From: Bacteroidales bacterium
GTDB lineage: Bacteria; Bacteroidota; Bacteroidia; Bacteroidales; UBA4417
Assembly (NCBI GenBank): GCA_035403165.1
Contig: DAONEP010000007.1
Location: forward strand, 542 to 64,541
Reading direction: 5' to 3'
Length of the DNA stretch: 64,000 bases
In this document: positions 33,785 through 43,132 of the stretch, piece by piece
Position numbering within the stretch: the first letter of the stretch is position 1
Layout of the letters: each line of letters starts with the position of its first letter
Program-made: the position numbers and the translations under genes
The notes under the pieces: model-generated
The model's input: the letters and a program-made list of their open reading frames with translations, nothing else
What the model was told of the DNA's origin: nothing
Database searches by the model: none

Positions 33785-34771
33785 TCATTCAATTCCGGAA
33801 AAATGTTTCATAAACTGTACCCTTTCATAGGCTACCGGGTTTATTGCATTACCTATACTCATCTTTCCGATGAAATCGCTGGTTGACGTATAATGATGTT
33901 TATCCATCCATTGCTCCAGTTCCCTTATCATTTTCCCGATATGCATGCTGCCATTTTTGTATACTGCACTAACGACTTCTACGGCCTTTGCCCCCGCCAG
34001 CATCATTCTGATCATTCCTCCGGCATCATGAACACCGGTTGTACCAGCCAGATCGCAGCGTATCTTATCCGACAGGACAGCTATCCAACGCAGAGGCATA
34101 TAAATCTCTTCCGGTGAACTTAGTAAATGAGTTGCTTTAATTTCCAGATTCTCAATATCAATATCCGGCGAAAAAAACCGGTTGAACAGTACAAGTCCTT
34201 TAGCCCCGGCCCAGCTAAGTTTCTGTGCCGAATGTGCCAGCCCTGAAAAATAAGAGCTGATTTTCAGGGCGACAGGTATCGATAACTGTTTCACAACCCG
34301 GTCGAGTATTTCAAAATATGTTTTTTCATACTGCCCCGGTGCAATACCCGGATCCGACGGTAATACGAACAGATTTAATTCAAGGGCATCGGCGCCTGCA
34401 TCCTGAATCTTACGGGCAAAATTTGTCCATTCTGCTGCGGTCGCGCAATTGATACTGGCTATAATGGGAATTTTAACCGAATCCTTACATCCGCGAATAA
34501 GGGTGAGGTATTTTTCAATACTATTGGCCCGGCTGAAGTTGCTGATATAATCGAAGGCTTCAGGATACTGGTTGTCCGATTCACCGGAACCCATTGTCCG
34601 GTCAATTTCATGCATGATTTGCTCTTCGAAAAGCGATTTGAGCACAACCGCACCAGCGCCCTGCTTTTCGTACTCAATAATATTTTCGAGCGAACCGGTC
34701 AGCCCTGAGCTTCCTATGATCATCGGGCTTTTCAGATGCAATCCAAGGTACTTTGTACTAATATCTGCCAT
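33785..34771 (-). CDS. Dihydroorotate dehydrogenase-like TIM-barrel protein
   Basis: The segments YLGLHLKSPMIIGSSGLTG .. GAGAVVLKSLFEEQ .. GADALELN follow the class-1 DHOD-like pattern. Confidence 0.7.
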   Translation of the reverse strand: MADISTKYLGLHLKSPMIIGSSGLTGSLENIIEYEKQGAGAVVLKSLFEEQIMHEIDRTMGSGESDNQYPEAFDYISNFSRANSIEKYLTLIRGCKDSVKIPIIASINCATAAEWTNFARKIQDAGADALELNLFVLPSDPGIAPGQYEKTYFEILDRVVKQLSIPVALKISSYFSGLAHSAQKLSWAGAKGLVLFNRFFSPDIDIENLEIKATHLLSSPEEIYMPLRWIAVLSDKIRCDLAGTTGVHDAGGMIRMMLAGAKAVEVVSAVYKNGSMHIGKMIRELEQWMDKHHYTSTSDFIGKMSIGNAINPVAYERVQFMKHFSGIE

Positions 34772-35068
34772 TGTACTGATTTTTAAGTTTATACCTGATC
34801 AACCGCTCCCGTTATCCGGACAGGAAGCATCCCATCTAAAGCTGCTTCACGATACCCGGAATACTTTGTACATACCGGAAGTAAAAATATCAATTATTCT
34901 AAATTGATTGGATGGCTATCTTATCAATAATTCGATTATTTGATGTTTAATCACTTTTTTAACGAAAAGAAATATTGCTTCAGAAATACGCCTTTTATCC
35001 TACGCGTACATAAGGCTGACCAGAAAGTAAGACCCCGGATATCGACAGACCAACGAAATGATTTTCTG

Positions 35069-36688
35069 TCAGTTTGCCAATGTAAGCTTACGAAACAGGG
35101 ATTCATTCTGAATAACCTGAACAGCCTGTTTCAGGTCGTCATCATCCTTACCGATCACTTCGAAATAGGCACTCACATTGTACAGGTTTCGTGCAAGCAA
35201 GCCTTTCAGAACGCTTGTAATTTGTTTGCCCGAAATTTCAAGGCCCTTGTCATCGCGCGGCAACGCATTTTTCGAACCAAATTCCACAAAATCGTTCAGC
35301 AACTCCTGATCTTTCCTGAATCCTTTCATAAAAGATGAGATATCGGGATAAGTACGAAGCAACTCTTTCCGGTTTGCATCCACATATTGCATGATAAAAT
35401 CATTCAATACGCCTTTGCGTAACGCATCCGTGTAATACAGTGAAAAAAATGAAGTATCAATCGGAACGAAAATATCAGGCATGATACCGCCGCCGCCATA
35501 TACAAGCCGCTTGTTATGTGTGAAGTATCTCAATGAATCGGGAAATTTAATACTGTCGGAATGAACAAGTTCGCCGTGCTTGAAACGGTTGTAAACTTCA
35601 GCATAATATTCGTCGGAACCTGGCGTATATGGTTTCTGAATGCACCTCCCCGAAGGCGTATAGTAGCGTGCCGTAGTCAGTCGGACCATCGAACTGTCGG
35701 GCAGCATGAAAGGACGCTGCACCAATCCTTTTCCGAAAGAGCGGCGCCCGATTATAATACCGCGGTCCCAATCCTGGACGGCGCCTGAAACTATTTCGCT
35801 GGCCGAAGCAGAGGCTTCATCAATGATAATCACCAGTTTTCCTGTTTCGAAAACGCCCTGGCTCGTAGAGTTAAAATCCTGACGGGGACTGCTTATGCCT
35901 TCGGTATATACGATGAGTTTGTTAGCTGACAGGAACTGATCTGCCAGTTCAAAGGCAATATCAAGATAACCGCCGGTATTGTTCCTGAGGTCAAGAATGA
36001 GGTCTTTCATCCCTCTTTTCTTGAGTTCAGCGACTGCCTCTACAAATTCATCTTTCGAGGTGCGGGCAAAACGTGAAAGTTTCACATAGCCGATTTCGTC
36101 GGTAACCATATAGGTAGCGTCAATGCTGTTGAGAGGAATTTTATCACGGACGATGGTGTAATCAATGATATCCTTTCGGTTCTTTCGGTAGATGCCGATG
36201 TTTACCTTGGTACCCCGTGGTCCGCGAAGCCTGTCGAAAACATATTGGTTGTTGATTTTGCTGCCTACGGCATCTTCCCCGTTGATTTTCACGATCTTAT
36301 CGCCAGCCTGTATACCTAATTTTTCCGAGGGCCCGCCAACTACCGGAGATACGACGACAATGGTATCATGATAAATCTGGAACTGCACCCCGATTCCATC
36401 AAAATTGCCTTGCAGTGGTTCATTGGTACGCTGTACTTCATCCTTGGGAATGTATACCGAATGCGGGTCAAGATCTTTAAGAACCTGGATAATGGCCTGC
36501 TCTGTCAGGTTTGACTCGTCAACATCTTCTACGTAGAAGTAACTGATGAGTTGCATCAAGGTAGCATATTTCTGCGTCGTTTCTTTCTGGTCGCTCATCC
36601 TGTTTGAATATTGCGCATTAAGTGCGACAGGCAACACGATCATCATTAACACCGCCAATATCTTTCGGAAAAGAAGATCTGATTTCAT
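35069..36688 (-). CDS. S41 family C-terminal processing peptidase
   Basis: PDZ region (GIQAGDKIVKING), RNNTGG, and the serine context SASASEI. The start is trimmed to MKSDLLFRKILAVLMM (signal peptide). Confidence 0.85.
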   Translation of the reverse strand: MKSDLLFRKILAVLMMIVLPVALNAQYSNRMSDQKETTQKYATLMQLISYFYVEDVDESNLTEQAIIQVLKDLDPHSVYIPKDEVQRTNEPLQGNFDGIGVQFQIYHDTIVVVSPVVGGPSEKLGIQAGDKIVKINGEDAVGSKINNQYVFDRLRGPRGTKVNIGIYRKNRKDIIDYTIVRDKIPLNSIDATYMVTDEIGYVKLSRFARTSKDEFVEAVAELKKRGMKDLILDLRNNTGGYLDIAFELADQFLSANKLIVYTEGISSPRQDFNSTSQGVFETGKLVIIIDEASASASEIVSGAVQDWDRGIIIGRRSFGKGLVQRPFMLPDSSMVRLTTARYYTPSGRCIQKPYTPGSDEYYAEVYNRFKHGELVHSDSIKFPDSLRYFTHNKRLVYGGGGIMPDIFVPIDTSFFSLYYTDALRKGVLNDFIMQYVDANRKELLRTYPDISSFMKGFRKDQELLNDFVEFGSKNALPRDDKGLEISGKQITSVLKGLLARNLYNVSAYFEVIGKDDDDLKQAVQVIQNESLFRKLTLAN

Positions 36689-36900
36689 GTTGAAGATTTG
36701 GATTAGATTACTATGAAGTTTCAAAATTACCACAATTAATCGACCGGATATTTGATCGGGGCAATATTGATTTTCGTTTAACAATTTTTATCGAAAACCC
36801 GCCGGCCTGATCCCACGATTGAAAGAATTTCCCTGACACATTGGCATTTATTAACATTCGGCCTTACCTTTGAATACCTTGCGTCAGTAATCACATCTCT

Positions 36901-37644
36901 ATGACAGAACTACCGGAAAAACAGAAAATACAAAAGAGCCTGGTTGTCCCTATTATTTTGCTGGGAATGATCTGGGGCATCAAATTATTTGAAATTATCT
37001 TTCAAACCGACTTTTCGGATTTCGGGATTCTGCCGCAAACCTTAACAGGACTTCGCGGTATCATTTTTTCCCCTCTGTTGCATGCCGATGCATCCCACGC
37101 CTTTGCCAACACCCTTCCGCTTTTTATCCTAACGACTGCCTTATATTATTACTATGGCCGGCTGGCAAACCGCATCCTGATCCTCTCCTGGCTGATTACG
37201 GGTTTTTGGGTTTGGGCCTTTGCTAAGAATACAGGGTATCATATTGGCGCTTCAGGAATTGTATATGCCCTTGCTGCCTTTCATTTCACCAGCGGCCTGC
37301 TTCGGCGAGAGCCACGGATGATGGCTTTTTCACTGCTGGTTGTTTTCCTTTATGGCGGACTTGTTTGGGGCCTCTATCCGGATTTCTATCCCGAGAAGAA
37401 TATTTCCTGGCAGTCGCACCTGCTTGGATCTTTGGCGGGTATAATCCTGGCGTTTTTCTACCGGCAGAATGGGCCGCAACGAAAAAAATACTCCTGGGAA
37501 GATGAGGAAGACGAGGACGACGACGGGGAGTTACCTGATGATGAAAACCAGGATCCGGCTATTGATAAAGAAACAACCGCCGGATCTGATCCAACGGTTG
37601 TCTATCATTTGCGACAGCGGCAGCATCATGAAGATCAATTCTGA
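36901..37644 (+). CDS. Rhomboid family intramembrane serine protease with acidic C-terminal tail
   Basis: GASG motif (HIGASGIVYAL), a downstream His (SHLLGSLAG), and about 6 TM segments. Confidence 0.75.
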   Translation: MTELPEKQKIQKSLVVPIILLGMIWGIKLFEIIFQTDFSDFGILPQTLTGLRGIIFSPLLHADASHAFANTLPLFILTTALYYYYGRLANRILILSWLITGFWVWAFAKNTGYHIGASGIVYALAAFHFTSGLLRREPRMMAFSLLVVFLYGGLVWGLYPDFYPEKNISWQSHLLGSLAGIILAFFYRQNGPQRKKYSWEDEEDEDDDGELPDDENQDPAIDKETTAGSDPTVVYHLRQRQHHEDQF

Positions 37645-37678
37645 CTGTCCCGTAATGGTCTGTACGGCGGAATAATTC

Positions 37679-39016
37679 TCAATCCCTGCCGTGCATCATG
37701 TAAAGAAGTTTCTTTGAAAGGAAAAACACACTGACTCCAAGAATTATCACGAATGCGGCTATGCCGCCAAAAATAAGTCCCGGCCCCAGTGTTTCGATAA
37801 AGCTGGCCAATACGCCACCCAGCAAATGCGCGATAAAAGTCGGGAGGAACCAGACACCCATGAACATCGAAACCATATGGGCCGGCGCCAGTTTCGTAAC
37901 CATGGACAAACCAATGGGGGATAGCATCAACTCACCGAAAGTATGAAAAAGGTAAGCCACCAGCAGCCATAACATGCTTGCTTTAGCCGTTCCGGTATTA
38001 AGTTGGGCTACTGCGCCAAGCATAATCACGAAACCGATCCCGAGAAAAATCATTCCCATTCCCATCTTTACCGGAGTTGAAGGATTTTTGCCAATTCTTG
38101 CCAGTTTCATCCATAAGGCAGAAAACACAAATCCAAGCCCGAAGACAAGCAACGGATTTAAACTTTGGAACCAGGGTGTAGGAATGGTAAAATTGCCAAT
38201 TGTCCGGTTTATTGATTCTTCGGTAAATACGGTCATCGAACTGCCGGCCTGTTCAAAGCCTGTCCAGAAAAAGGTAACAAAGAAAAACAGGGTGAAGATA
38301 ACAGCAATCCTGTCTTTTTCTTCTTTTGAAAGAGCTATTTTCTCCCCGGCCTTTCCTGCTTTTTCCTGTTTTACGACCACAGACTTTCCAATATTCCCAA
38401 GCATTTTAGGGGCCATCATCCAATATATCAGCATGCTGATGAGCACAGCACCCCCGGCAACAATAAAACCGGCACGGTAACCATATTCAACGGCAATCCA
38501 GCCACAAAGCAACGGAGCGAAGAATACCGACCCGTTGAACAATTGGTAGTAAAGAGTAAATGCATTATCACGGCGAGGATCGCCCTGTTCGTATAATTCG
38601 CCGATCATGGTAACCACTGTAGGCTTGAAGAAACCATTACCTACAGCCATCAGGGTTAGCCCGCTTATGAATGGGACCAGGCTGTTGTCAAGCGAGAGGA
38701 CAATAAGACCTGCCGCAATCAGGATTCCTCCGATTGTAGCCGACCTCCGTTTCCCGATGAGCCGGTCGGCAATGATACCCCCGAAAAACGGGAATCCGTA
38801 ACACAGCGCGTTAAATGTCCCGTAAACAAGACCGGATGTACTTTTCGAAAATGCCATCCCGGGTAAGGCTTCCGAGACGCCGGCTATCATGTATAGCATC
38901 AGCAATGCCCGCATACCGTAGTATGCAAATCTTTCGCCCGCAGCAGTGGCACTCAACAGATACAATGCCGGCGGATGTCCTTTGCGCACTTGCGCCGTTT
39001 CAGTTATTTCAGCCAT
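37679..39016 (-). CDS. POT/PTR2 family di/tripeptide transporter
   Basis: The ERFAYYGMRALL signature and about 12-14 TM segments. Confidence 0.85.
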   Translation of the reverse strand: MAEITETAQVRKGHPPALYLLSATAAGERFAYYGMRALLMLYMIAGVSEALPGMAFSKSTSGLVYGTFNALCYGFPFFGGIIADRLIGKRRSATIGGILIAAGLIVLSLDNSLVPFISGLTLMAVGNGFFKPTVVTMIGELYEQGDPRRDNAFTLYYQLFNGSVFFAPLLCGWIAVEYGYRAGFIVAGGAVLISMLIYWMMAPKMLGNIGKSVVVKQEKAGKAGEKIALSKEEKDRIAVIFTLFFFVTFFWTGFEQAGSSMTVFTEESINRTIGNFTIPTPWFQSLNPLLVFGLGFVFSALWMKLARIGKNPSTPVKMGMGMIFLGIGFVIMLGAVAQLNTGTAKASMLWLLVAYLFHTFGELMLSPIGLSMVTKLAPAHMVSMFMGVWFLPTFIAHLLGGVLASFIETLGPGLIFGGIAAFVIILGVSVFFLSKKLLYMMHGRD

Positions 39017-39102
39017 ATAAGTTTTTTATTGGCCAAAAATATCAAAATATTCCTGATTTCAGGGAGCTCCGTTTCAGTTAATATCCCCCGGAATTCTGCA
39101 CG

Positions 39103-40476
39103 CTACTGACGCTTTTTCCTGATTAATACCAGCAATGAAATAAAAATGAAGAATATCCCGATGAAAATGATCAGCCTTTCCATTGAAAACCAGGAACCTG
39201 AAACAGGAATTTTCTGATCGGATCCCGTTTTTTGAGATACCGCAATAAGTTTCGATGTATCGGCATCGGTTTTAAAACGCGAATAAAGATCAGAGTATAG
39301 ATTCTGGAAGCTATCGGCTGTTTTAAAAGAAGAAATTGCCGAATAGGCTTTTACCAGTTTTGAATAATTATCCAGTATCTCTGTCGTAGCGCCAATTGAA
39401 TCGGCAATCTTCAGGCTTTGCATGAAATAACCGATTGCCTTATTGAATTCCTTTTGCCACAGCAAATTGTCGCCTATGCAGGTCAAGGTAGCAGCCACCG
39501 TGCGCTTGTCATCAATCGATTCATTAATTTTCAGGACCTGCATGAGTTGTTCGTTGGCTTTGAAATAATTACCCTGGGCTTTGTTGATTTCGGCTAAGTT
39601 CGTCAGGGCCTGGGCGATGTTTTCCTGGTCATCGATTTCTTCACTTACTATGAGTGAAAGGTTAAGATACGGAAGCGCTTCCGCGTATTCATTTTTCACG
39701 ATATAAGCATTGCCGATGTTGTTCATCAGCAAGGCCCTTTTATATTCATTACTATCTCTCTCGGCCAGGTGTAAGGCTTCAAAATAATACTTCAAAGCCT
39801 TGTCCGGTTCCGAAAGTGCTACATAAATCACACCCAGTGTATTAAGCTTATCAATAAGGCCTGAGACATACTTGAACTTTCGGTCAATCGGGATTTGTTC
39901 ATTCAACAATTTTACGGCCAGCGCATACTTTCCCTGGTACTTATATATACCCGCAATATTATTGATAGTGATTGATGCGCCTTCTTCATCGCCAAGTTTC
40001 CTGTCGGCCTCTACCGACTGATAGAAATAATCAATGGCTTCGTCATATTTGCCTGTTTCGCTGCATATCACCCCAATATTGTTTAAGCAGGCCGACACCC
40101 CGACAATATCGCTTACCGAACGAAAAATCGGAAGCGCCAGGTGATAGTAGCGGAGGGCAGAATCGTACGATGCCAGAAACAGATAAGCATTCCCGATATT
40201 TTTATAGGCTAGGGCCAATCCCGGTTTGTCGTTTATTTTCATAGCCAGCCTCCTGGCATCATCGGCATAGCGAAACGACTGTTTCCTGTCCTTGTCCCTT
40301 ACCGATTTTGACAACTCATTCAGAACATAAACTTTTTGAGCCCCTGAAACCTGCGGAAGTTTTTTCTTTAGTTGCGATTCGCTTTCATCCTGCGCAGTTC
40401 CCGGATATGATAACGAAACCAGCAATACCAGCAATGCAGGAAGGAATATCTTACGAAGTATATCTGATCTGTTCAT
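39103..40476 (-). CDS. TPR-repeat protein with signal peptide and C-terminal TM anchor
   Basis: Repeated ..NIGN.Y...G.Y..A..Y...AL.. units. C-terminal hydrophobic helix followed by KKRQ. Confidence 0.75.
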   Translation of the reverse strand: MNRSDILRKIFLPALLVLLVSLSYPGTAQDESESQLKKKLPQVSGAQKVYVLNELSKSVRDKDRKQSFRYADDARRLAMKINDKPGLALAYKNIGNAYLFLASYDSALRYYHLALPIFRSVSDIVGVSACLNNIGVICSETGKYDEAIDYFYQSVEADRKLGDEEGASITINNIAGIYKYQGKYALAVKLLNEQIPIDRKFKYVSGLIDKLNTLGVIYVALSEPDKALKYYFEALHLAERDSNEYKRALLMNNIGNAYIVKNEYAEALPYLNLSLIVSEEIDDQENIAQALTNLAEINKAQGNYFKANEQLMQVLKINESIDDKRTVAATLTCIGDNLLWQKEFNKAIGYFMQSLKIADSIGATTEILDNYSKLVKAYSAISSFKTADSFQNLYSDLYSRFKTDADTSKLIAVSQKTGSDQKIPVSGSWFSMERLIIFIGIFFIFISLLVLIRKKRQ

Positions 40477-40479
40477 AGC

Positions 40480-41412
40480 TTATTCCAGGGCAAGATAGTA
40501 TTTTATTTTGTTAAACAAGTCTGAATGAACCAGGGGAAGTTGAGCGACCTGATCAATCGAAGTATATTTACCGCCGATGATCCTCCTGTCGACGATGGCT
40601 TTTGCCAGGTAATAGTCAAAGTACGGGTGTTTCCGTAATTCTTCGGTAGTGACGGCATTCAGGTTTATCTTTTTGATATTCGAAGGGTCGGCTTTGCAAT
40701 ATCTGACAACTTTTTCATAACGGGCTGAATCAAAACCGTATACCTCGAGTAACTGTGATGTGGAATAGAATCCGCCCAGCAGCGTCCTGAATTTGATGAT
40801 CCTGCGGGCAAACGACGGCCCTACCCCGTTTAAAGTCACTAAAGTGGCCGAATCAGCCGAATTTAAATCCACTATGGTCAATTTGGCATATGACGCTTCC
40901 GGATTTCGCGTACCGGCCCTTTTCGTTGGGTATTCACGTTCGGGAATTGTGATGTATGGCGCCAGAACTTCATACTGCGACCGGCTGATCCCGTATATTT
41001 TCTGCAAGTCTTCCTTTTTAAAAAACTTTCCGCCTTTTGAGGTATAATTTGTAATGATTTTGACCTGCCACTCTTTCAGTCCCAGCCGGCGCCAGTTTTC
41101 AGGCGTCATCTCGTTGGGATTGAACGGGAAAGGGGTCAGTTCCTGTTCGGCGATTGAACGGTCGACATGTTCAAAATCAATCTTATGGCCCGGACTCTCC
41201 CCGGAATTATCGGCGTTGTAAACAAGGGATTTTTCAAATGCTGCGATCTCTTTTTCAAACGATTTAAAATCTGCGTTTTCCGTTTTACGGTTATGCCTTA
41301 GAAAAGCCGGGACAAAAAAGAGCACAATAAGAACGGCGCCCAGAATCACAATACTCGTGCGTTCGGCACGGTTGAAATCGAAATAGTCCTGAATCTGTTT
41401 AAACATTCGCAA
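40480..41412 (-). CDS. Helix-hairpin-helix (ComEA-like) domain protein, N-terminal TM
   Basis: DLNSADSATLVTLNGVGPSFARRI and a second HhH-like segment (NLNAVTTEELRKHPY). Confidence 0.65.
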   Translation of the reverse strand: MRMFKQIQDYFDFNRAERTSIVILGAVLIVLFFVPAFLRHNRKTENADFKSFEKEIAAFEKSLVYNADNSGESPGHKIDFEHVDRSIAEQELTPFPFNPNEMTPENWRRLGLKEWQVKIITNYTSKGGKFFKKEDLQKIYGISRSQYEVLAPYITIPEREYPTKRAGTRNPEASYAKLTIVDLNSADSATLVTLNGVGPSFARRIIKFRTLLGGFYSTSQLLEVYGFDSARYEKVVRYCKADPSNIKKINLNAVTTEELRKHPYFDYYLAKAIVDRRIIGGKYTSIDQVAQLPLVHSDLFNKIKYYLALE

Positions 41413-41470
41413 AATAGATTAAAACACGACTAATCTTTTCAAAAAAATGATCAGGTCCGTCTTGTAAGCA

Positions 41471-42910
41471 TCATCCACAATTTTCAAAGGCGGGTGAAAA
41501 CTTTCTCCAGAGGAAATAAACCGGTATACCGGTCAAAACAATGAGTAATCCAGGCCAGGTATATACCGGCCTGTAGATAAGCAGGATCATCATGATCAGT
41601 ATGGCTGAAGCCATGTAAATAACCGGAACAACAGGGTACCCGAATGCCTTGTAAGGCCTTTCCGCATCGGGTTTTGTCTTGCGCAACCTGAAAATTCCGG
41701 CAATGGTCAGAACATAAAAGATCAGAACCGCAAAAACCACATAATCCAGCAGGTTTGAGTAAGTGCCGGACAGGCATAACAGGGAAGCCCAAACCGCCTG
41801 AATAACGAGGGCTTTGCCTGGCACTCCGAATCTGTTCAATTCCCCTGTCTGCCTGAAGAATAATTTGTCATTAGCCATGGCATAATAAACCCTGGCGCCT
41901 GAAAGGATCAATCCGTTATTACAGCCGAAAGTGGAAATCACTACGAAACCCGCCATGAGGATGGAAGCCAACGGCCCAAACAGCGCGTAAATCATGGCGC
42001 TTCCCAGCCTGTCGTTTACGGCGTATTGCATGCCAAGATCGGAGACCGATTGCCCGCCGGAATTCCCGCGGAGAGGCAACGCATTGAGATAAGCAAAATT
42101 CGCCAGCAGGTAAAGCACCGTGACTATGATGACGCCCAACGCCAGACTTACGGGAATATTCCGTTTGGGATTTTTCACCTCCCCGGCGGCAAAAGTGATG
42201 TTGTTCCATGCATCCGACGAAAACAACGAACCCACCATGGCAACACCTATGGCTGCAATAAGCGCCCATCCTGAAAGGGCTTCACCCGTCGCCGATTGCG
42301 GTTTCCAGAAAAAAGAGGCGTTTGCCTGGATAGCTGCCGTATTCCGCACCACAAAAAGTCCGAGGAGAATGAAAGCCAGCAGTAAAACCGCTTTCAATAC
42401 GGTAAAAATATTCTGGACCCATTTTCCGTTGCGTATGCCGAGAAGATTGTTGCAGGTGAGTATCAAAATGGATCCGATGGCTAGTACATGGACGGCGCTT
42501 ACCTTAACAATTCGCAGGTCAAGAAGTATATTCTTTTCTGAAAACCAGGGAACCAGTACTCCGAAAAATTTCGCAAATGCCATACCTACCGCTGCAATTG
42601 TACCCGTTTGTATGACCAGAAAAAATGTCCATCCATATAAAAAGCCGCTTAAGGGATTAAAAGCTTCGCGCAGGTAAACATACTGCCCTCCTGCTTTGGG
42701 CATCATGGAGGCCAGTTCGCCGTAACTCAATGCAGCGGCAATGGTCATAACGCCGGTAATAGCCCAGGCTACAAGCAGCCATCCCGGTGAACCGAGATTA
42801 CGGGACATCTCGGCACTTACGATAAAAATCCCCGATCCTATCATTGAACCGGCAACAATAGCTGTTGAATCGATCAGGTTCAGGCTTTTACGGAATCCGG
42901 TCTGTTCCAT
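41471..42910 (-). CDS. APC family amino acid permease
   Basis: 12 TM segments and an N-terminal IVAGSMIGSGIF motif. Confidence 0.8.
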   Translation of the reverse strand: MEQTGFRKSLNLIDSTAIVAGSMIGSGIFIVSAEMSRNLGSPGWLLVAWAITGVMTIAAALSYGELASMMPKAGGQYVYLREAFNPLSGFLYGWTFFLVIQTGTIAAVGMAFAKFFGVLVPWFSEKNILLDLRIVKVSAVHVLAIGSILILTCNNLLGIRNGKWVQNIFTVLKAVLLLAFILLGLFVVRNTAAIQANASFFWKPQSATGEALSGWALIAAIGVAMVGSLFSSDAWNNITFAAGEVKNPKRNIPVSLALGVIIVTVLYLLANFAYLNALPLRGNSGGQSVSDLGMQYAVNDRLGSAMIYALFGPLASILMAGFVVISTFGCNNGLILSGARVYYAMANDKLFFRQTGELNRFGVPGKALVIQAVWASLLCLSGTYSNLLDYVVFAVLIFYVLTIAGIFRLRKTKPDAERPYKAFGYPVVPVIYMASAILIMMILLIYRPVYTWPGLLIVLTGIPVYFLWRKFSPAFENCG

Positions 42911-42945
42911 AACATCATTTTTTTGCCCTTAATGGTTGCGAGGGA

Positions 42946-43074
42946 TTATTCTTCTTCATAGGAATCAGGTTCCCCTTTCTTATCGCTGCGAAGAACTTTC
43001 ACAAAGAAATAAACCGTCAGAAACGTAATCGCAAATTCGGAGATGATCATGAACAAAAGGGCTGTTGTATTCAT
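42946..43074 (-). CDS. Small single-TM protein (42 aa), possible NSS transporter small subunit
   Basis: MNTTALLFMIISEFAITFLTVYFFVKVLRSDKKGEPDSYEEE*. It starts 58 bp downstream of the NSS gene stop on the same strand. It is absent from the ORF track because it is under 60 aa. Confidence 0.45.
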   Translation of the reverse strand: MNTTALLFMIISEFAITFLTVYFFVKVLRSDKKGEPDSYEEE

Positions 43075-43132
43075 AGGTTGCATAATTTTATCTTTAACGT
43101 TACCAATTAATTAACGGGGCTGCATAATGGTT

